DNA of 64,000 bases from Leptospira biflexa. GTDB lineage: Bacteria > Spirochaetota > UBA4802 > UB4802. Where the stretch lies: assembly GCA_020721905.1 (NCBI GenBank), contig DYLU01000001.1, forward strand, positions 32,439 through 96,438, written 5' to 3'. The notes under the pieces were generated by a model, which ran no database searches, was not told the DNA's origin, and saw only the letters and a program-made list of their open reading frames with translations. Position 1 is the first letter of the stretch; each line of letters starts with the position of its first letter. Positions 59,259 through 64,000 of this stretch are shown one piece after another. The position numbers and the translations under genes are program-made.

Positions 59259-59954
59259 TTATTCCTCTGCCAACATTGGATTTTTAATTATTCTGGCGTT
59301 TGAAGGAGGATCAAATTTAAAAAAACCTTTTTTTAAATCTACTTTAGTATTTATGTTTTTGAGTTCAATTGTAATGTTTTTGCCATTTGCTGTTTCACCA
59401 GCAGCTTTTGTTATAAAATACTGTTCGTTAACCCACAGTTTCATAGTTCTGAATCCGCTTCGTGTTTCCTTTTGTTTTAAGAATAACACATAATATTTAT
59501 TGTTGTTTTCCACACGTGGCTGTTCTTTGCCGTCAAATTTATAATGATATTTTGAAAAAAGCCTGTTTAAACCTGAACCGGTACCAATTGCAAACATTGA
59601 ACTGTTTAAATCCTGCTCAGCAACCACATTGATGGAAGGAATATAAATCCACACCTGTTTGCCATCTGAAACAACTTTCTGACCATATGGCACATCAAAA
59701 TCTATTCTGAGATAATGCGGCGACATATACCATAGGGTACCGCTCTGACTTTGAGGCTTTCCCATTTTATCCGAAATCATAACAAAATTTGCCTGGTAGC
59801 TTTCAACATCCGAAAAGGTTTTCTTTATCTGCTTGACAATATCATTGACTGTCACAAAATCAAATTTATAGGAATATCCTGTCATAACACACAGTAATAC
59901 AATTACTTGAGCTATCGCCAAATATAATAATTTTTTGTTACGTATACCCAACAT
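59259..59954 (-). CDS. lolA: Outer-membrane lipoprotein carrier LolA
   Basis: SYQANF, SGTLWY..P, VVSDGKQVWIY, FKFDPP. Confidence 0.85.
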   Translation of the reverse strand: MLGIRNKKLLYLAIAQVIVLLCVMTGYSYKFDFVTVNDIVKQIKKTFSDVESYQANFVMISDKMGKPQSQSGTLWYMSPHYLRIDFDVPYGQKVVSDGKQVWIYIPSINVVAEQDLNSSMFAIGTGSGLNRLFSKYHYKFDGKEQPRVENNNKYYVLFLKQKETRSGFRTMKLWVNEQYFITKAAGETANGKNITIELKNINTKVDLKKGFFKFDPPSNARIIKNPMLAEE

Positions 59955-60216
59955 AGTGCCCCGTACAAATTTCTATTTAAACTGATAATGCATACACTTT
60001 TTTGAAAACAACATGAAAAGAATGTTTGCCGTTTAACATTGCATAGACATATTTTTTACAATATATATGCGGTTGTCAAACTAAAAAGCTTTTTCAAAAA
60101 GTCAATACAAAAAATCAAAAAGATTTTGAGCTTAAAAATTTTATATTTTTTTTGTGTAGACAAAATTGTGCTATAAACATACTATTTAATTAACCTGATA
60201 TTTGAGGAAATATAAC

Positions 60217-60390
60217 ATGGATACAATAAAACAACCCGGCAAACAACCCAAAGAAAAGCAACATCCAGAAACCATCGTCTCACAGTGGAATAATTTTAAA
60301 CTTTTAGAATCACAGCACATTTATTTCTCTGTAGGCAAGGCCACTATCAAACATATACTTATCAAAAGAGAACCACTGATTGGCGCATGA
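60217..60390 (+). CDS. Possible small hypothetical protein (57 aa)
   Basis: TAGACA-17-TACTAT promoter at 60157-60185, GAGGA RBS, ATG at 60217; no recognisable domain. Confidence 0.4.
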   Translation: MDTIKQPGKQPKEKQHPETIVSQWNNFKLLESQHIYFSVGKATIKHILIKREPLIGA

Positions 60391-60626
60391 GTATATTACT
60401 CTTTTAAAACATTTTGGATTACTAATTCTTATTGCTTTATTTAATGAACTTTACCGACACATTAAAACACATTACAGTTTTTCTATACTTTATTTTAACT
60501 CAAATCATTTATAAACCTTTAAAAATATTTATTTAATAAATATATATTTTGTTTTTGCATTATATATGAAATACCTTTAGACTGCTATTCATTAAAAAAT
60601 AATTTAAATATCGAGGAGGCTACTAT

Positions 60627-60956
60627 ATGGCCGGTAAATTTGAAGTTTACAAAGATAAAGGGGGAATGTACCGATTCCGTCTTAAAGCGGGTAATGGTCA
60701 GGTTATACTGACAGGTGAAGGATATAATTCAAAAAGTTCCTGTCTTGACGGTATTGAATCAGTAAAGAAAAATTCAAAAAAAGATTCGTCGTTTGAAATT
60801 TATCAGGATAAAAAAGGCGAGTACCGTTTCAGACTTAAAGCAACAAATGGGGAAACAATTGGCCATGGTGAAGGCTACAGCAAAAGAAGCGGATGTACGC
60901 GAGGGATTGAATCAATTAGAAAGAATGTTGCCAATGCAAAAATTGTAGAAATTTAA
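60627..60956 (+). CDS. YegP/DUF1508 tandem-repeat protein
   Basis: Two copies of FE.Y.DK.G.YRFRLKA.NG..I..GEGY. Confidence 0.92.
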   Translation: MAGKFEVYKDKGGMYRFRLKAGNGQVILTGEGYNSKSSCLDGIESVKKNSKKDSSFEIYQDKKGEYRFRLKATNGETIGHGEGYSKRSGCTRGIESIRKNVANAKIVEI

Positions 60957-61134
60957 ATTTGTATCAATAGTATTTATACATAGTATTCAACACCATAATT
61001 ACTATCAATATGATTATACAAGTAAGGAGGTGTATTTTTGTTACAATAAGCATCAAAAAATAATTTACTTGCAAAAGTTTTGTATCTTTTGTAAACTTTC
61101 CCATAAAGATTGGCATGTATCAGGGAAACATATC

Positions 61135-61653
61135 ATGATTAAAAAATTCATAAAGTACTATATAATTTTATTTCTCTTATTGCAATCAGCATGGGCACAA
61201 CTTACCACCACAATAATAGAAGAAAACAGAGAATTCTGGACTGCATTGATTCAAAACATAACACTGGCAAATAAAAACCTTCTTTACGCCAGTTATGTTG
61301 CCTATAAAGACAAACTATACGATTTGTCAATTGACTCATTTCAGGAATGCATAACTCAGAATACTGATAATCAGGTTATTCAAGGTATTGCTAATTATTA
61401 TATTGGAAAAAATTTTTATAATTTAGGTGAATATAAAAAAGCAGTGTTATATTTTTTGGCCACCGAGCGCTATACAATGGATCAATACACGTATATAAAG
61501 GCAGCAGCACTGATAAATGCATCAGTTTGTTACATCCAGCTTAATGATACAGTAATGGCAAAAACCTATTTGCAAAAATCCATGCAATATGATACAGAAG
61601 GTTCATACAAAACTACCATTGAAACACTCATGCAATCACTGAAAAATAATTAA
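61135..61653 (+). CDS. Exported TPR-like protein
   Basis: Signal peptide ending AWA; TPR helices (ANYYIGKNFYNLGEYKKA). Confidence 0.72.
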   Translation: MIKKFIKYYIILFLLLQSAWAQLTTTIIEENREFWTALIQNITLANKNLLYASYVAYKDKLYDLSIDSFQECITQNTDNQVIQGIANYYIGKNFYNLGEYKKAVLYFLATERYTMDQYTYIKAAALINASVCYIQLNDTVMAKTYLQKSMQYDTEGSYKTTIETLMQSLKNN

Positions 61654-61704
61654 ATGATAGTATATTCCCTGCTGTTGCAGTTGTACAAATATTTCTGGTG
61701 ATAA

Positions 61705-62712
61705 TTAAACCTTATAATACTCTTTATACCATAGTACAAATTTATGCAACCCCTCTTCTATTGTAGTTATTGGTCTATAGCCTACTGCTTCAGTAAGTTC
61801 ATCAATATCAGCAAATGTAGCAAGCACATCACCCGGTTGCATGGGTAAAAAATTTATCATAGCCTTTTTACCTGTTTCCTGTTCCAAAATCGTTATGAAA
61901 TGCATCAACGAAACGGGTTTATTGTTTCCAATGTTATAAATTTTGTAAGGTGCACTGCTTGAAGCAGGATCAGGATGCATGGTATCAAAATCAGGTTGAC
62001 CTTGTGGTATTTTGAAGGTTATTCGGTATATACCTTCAACAATATCATCAATAAAGGTAAAATCACGTTCCATATCACCAAAGTTATATACATCAATGGG
62101 CTTATTTTCAAAGATTGCTTTTGTAAATTTGAAATATGCCATATCGGGCCTGCCCCATGGACCATATACGGTAAAAAAGCGCAACCCGCTTGATGGGATT
62201 GAATATAAATGTGAGTAGCAATGTGCAAAAAGTTCATTTGACTTTTTAGTTGCAGCATACAATGAAACCGGATGATCAACATTGTCATGTACCGAAAACG
62301 GAACACACGAATTCATACCATACACCGAACTTGATGACGCATACACAAGGTGCTTAACAGAATAGTGCCTGCAACATTCAAGTATATTCATAAATCCAAC
62401 AATATTGCTGTGAACATAATCAAACGGATGTTCCAGACTATAGCGCACACCTGCCTGCGCAGCTAAATGTACTACGCAGTCACATGTATGTTTTTTAAAT
62501 ATGTTCGATAGTTCCTGATAATTGGCTATATCGCTTTGATAAAAGATATAATTATCATTTTGCTTCAAAATATTATTACGCGCCTCTTTGAGCGATACAT
62601 CATAATAACTGTTCAAGTTATCAATACCAATAACAGTATGCCCTTCCTGTAAAAATCGCAATGCAGTATAAAAACCAATAAACCCTGCTGTACCAGTTAT
62701 AAGAATGTTCAT
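61705..62712 (-). CDS. NAD-dependent nucleotide-sugar epimerase (UDP-glucuronate 4-epimerase-like)
   Basis: GTAGFIG, HLAAQAGVRYS, YAATK, FFTVYGPWGRPDMA. Confidence 0.94.
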   Translation of the reverse strand: MNILITGTAGFIGFYTALRFLQEGHTVIGIDNLNSYYDVSLKEARNNILKQNDNYIFYQSDIANYQELSNIFKKHTCDCVVHLAAQAGVRYSLEHPFDYVHSNIVGFMNILECCRHYSVKHLVYASSSSVYGMNSCVPFSVHDNVDHPVSLYAATKKSNELFAHCYSHLYSIPSSGLRFFTVYGPWGRPDMAYFKFTKAIFENKPIDVYNFGDMERDFTFIDDIVEGIYRITFKIPQGQPDFDTMHPDPASSSAPYKIYNIGNNKPVSLMHFITILEQETGKKAMINFLPMQPGDVLATFADIDELTEAVGYRPITTIEEGLHKFVLWYKEYYKV

Positions 62713-62829
62713 GCAATGTTACCTCTAAAATACTAGTTTACAATATTGTACTTAAAAAAAAGTGATTGACATAACTTTAAATTTGTAATATTTTCAATTA
62801 CATCCATCCAGCTTCAAGAAATTTTTTAG

Positions 62830-63486
62830 ATGAGGTCCCGTATGAATAAAATAGTAACGTTCATTATTCTTTTTCTAAGTCAACCATTATTTGCTCAGGA
62901 ACTATCGCCCAATTCATCCAATTTATGGACTACCTTTAAGCAGGGTGGAATTCTGATGTGGCCTATACTGTTTTTAGGTATAGTAGGTTTAACCATTATT
63001 ATAGAACGTTCTTTATTTTATTTCAAAATCAAAATATGGGATACAGTACATATTGAAAATAAATTGAACGAATTACTCAATCAAAACACATACAGGTTCC
63101 GTGAAGAAGCAATAGATGACCTTGAAAAAAATATGCAGATTTATTATAATGAGCTGGAAAAAGGACTGGTACTGCTTAATGCTGTGGGTAATTTATCACC
63201 AATCATTGGATTTTTTGGTACCGTGCAGGGGATGATTGCAGCATTTGCTTCAATTGCAGCAGCAACAACAGTTAACGCAAAAGTGGTTGCTGTTGGTATA
63301 CAGATTGCCCTTATTACAACTGCAGGCGGATTATCCGTAGCTGTACCCACATTAGCATTTTACCATTTCTATGTACACATCTTACAAAACATATACGCTA
63401 AAACATCTGAACTTATTATCCTTAAAACAAAACAATTGCCACGATATTCGCAGATTGAAAATACTACAACACTGGAAGGTGTATAA
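62830..63486 (+). CDS. MotA/TolQ/ExbB proton channel protein
   Basis: GGILMWPI, SPIIGFFGTVQGMI, ALITTAGGL.VAVP. Confidence 0.92.
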   Translation: MRSRMNKIVTFIILFLSQPLFAQELSPNSSNLWTTFKQGGILMWPILFLGIVGLTIIIERSLFYFKIKIWDTVHIENKLNELLNQNTYRFREEAIDDLEKNMQIYYNELEKGLVLLNAVGNLSPIIGFFGTVQGMIAAFASIAAATTVNAKVVAVGIQIALITTAGGLSVAVPTLAFYHFYVHILQNIYAKTSELIILKTKQLPRYSQIENTTTLEGV

Positions 63487-63908
63487 TGTACTGGTTGGGG
63501 CGTAAAAACAAACCACAGCAAAATCAATCACGGCTCATTGAGTTTGATACAACGCCAATTGCAGATTTATCGTTTAACCTTTTGATATTTTTTATTGTCA
63601 CCGCTTCATTTATTATGCGCCAGGGAGTATTCTTAAGCCTTCCATCGTTAAGTGCCGGAACGGTAAAAGTTGAACCATCGCAGGTTATTGAAATTTATCC
63701 TCAGGATAACGGATTTATTGCCGATGGGAAAACGTTAGGCAGAAAAGAACTTTTGCAGTACTTAACGGTACGCAAAATGCAAACAAATGAACCTGTATCA
63801 ATTATTTACATGAAGCCCACTGTCAAATATGAAAGACTTGTAGATACTCTCAGTGCCATTCGTGAAAGCGGTTTATCCAGAATATCATTAAAATATAATG
63901 AAAGGTAA
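63486..63908 (+). CDS. ExbD/TolR family protein
   Basis: TPIADLSFNLLIFFIVT TM with conserved Asp. Confidence 0.9.
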   Translation: MYWLGRKNKPQQNQSRLIEFDTTPIADLSFNLLIFFIVTASFIMRQGVFLSLPSLSAGTVKVEPSQVIEIYPQDNGFIADGKTLGRKELLQYLTVRKMQTNEPVSIIYMKPTVKYERLVDTLSAIRESGLSRISLKYNER

Positions 63909-63910
63909 GT

Positions 63911-64000
63911 ATGGTACAAAGCCCCTTTTTAAAAAAATTGCGTCCGTTTTCCCTGGGAGCTTCAGCAGCTGATATGGCCATGCTGCTTTTGGTATTTTTT
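63911..64000 (+). CDS. Second ExbD/TolR family protein (partial, runs off the window)
   Basis: MVQSPFLKKLRPFSLGASAADMAMLLLVF..., the ExbD D-x4-L-L-x-F TM pattern. Confidence 0.7.
   Translation, partial: MVQSPFLKKLRPFSLGASAADMAMLLLVFF

Larger units (their letters stand above)
1248..62908. repeat. Dispersed over-represented motif GCGATAGTT (extended consensus ggGCGATAGTTMCTg)
   Basis: Exact 9-mers on + at 1248, 3904, 6248, 15951, 16032, 19998, 24700, 28751, 31933, 45253, 51157, 57720; on - at 7014, 16545, 28684, 32140, 32901, 44194, 62900. Confidence 0.92.

Noticed and set aside
1248..62908. GCGATAGTT as a Chi/KOPS site or a by-product of a protein motif
   Set aside because: The near-equal strand distribution within one 64-kb stretch argues against a polarised signal, and use in five codon phases plus intergenic DNA excludes a protein motif. 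This still needs a genome-scale test.
653..63350. Numerous short antisense or alternate-frame ORFs in the ORF track (e.g. 2728-3459, 36056-36526, 49683-50120, 53736-53954)
   Set aside because: Almost all overlap well-supported genes as shadow ORFs, and none has a recognisable motif or convincing RBS.

Overview
This is AT-rich (about 35-36% GC by eye) chromosomal DNA from an anaerobic diderm bacterium. It is plausibly an uncultured Spirochaetota lineage, which is an inference from gene content and order only. Most genes are housekeeping or anaerobic-metabolism genes: ilvB-ilvN-ilvC, polA, rel, maf, cstA, hslO, dprA-topA-xerC-hslV-hslU, lolA-rodZ-rimO-pgsA-pgpA, exbB-exbD, two tungsten AOR-family enzymes, four radical SAM proteins plus a glycyl-radical activase, and a TetR/glycyl-radical operon. 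I saw no rRNA, tRNA, CRISPR array, IS element or prophage. The main signal that no gene explains is a non-palindromic dispersed motif, consensus (ng)gGCGATAGTT(A/C)CT(g). I counted by hand at least 19 exact GCGATAGTT 9-mers (about 0.5 expected by chance) and 8 further GCGATAGT 8-mers. They lie on both strands, in intergenic DNA and in five of the six codon phases of unrelated genes. This resembles a DNA-uptake-sequence-like or HIP-like genome-wide signal in a lineage where I know of none. Other highlights are an SCP2-like/glycyl-radical enzyme fusion with a visible TetR promoter and operators, an archaeal-type GAPOR homolog, an Rpn nuclease with an internal SD+ATG (candidate intragenic antitoxin) inserted into ilvBNC, and several candidate structured RNAs and operators.
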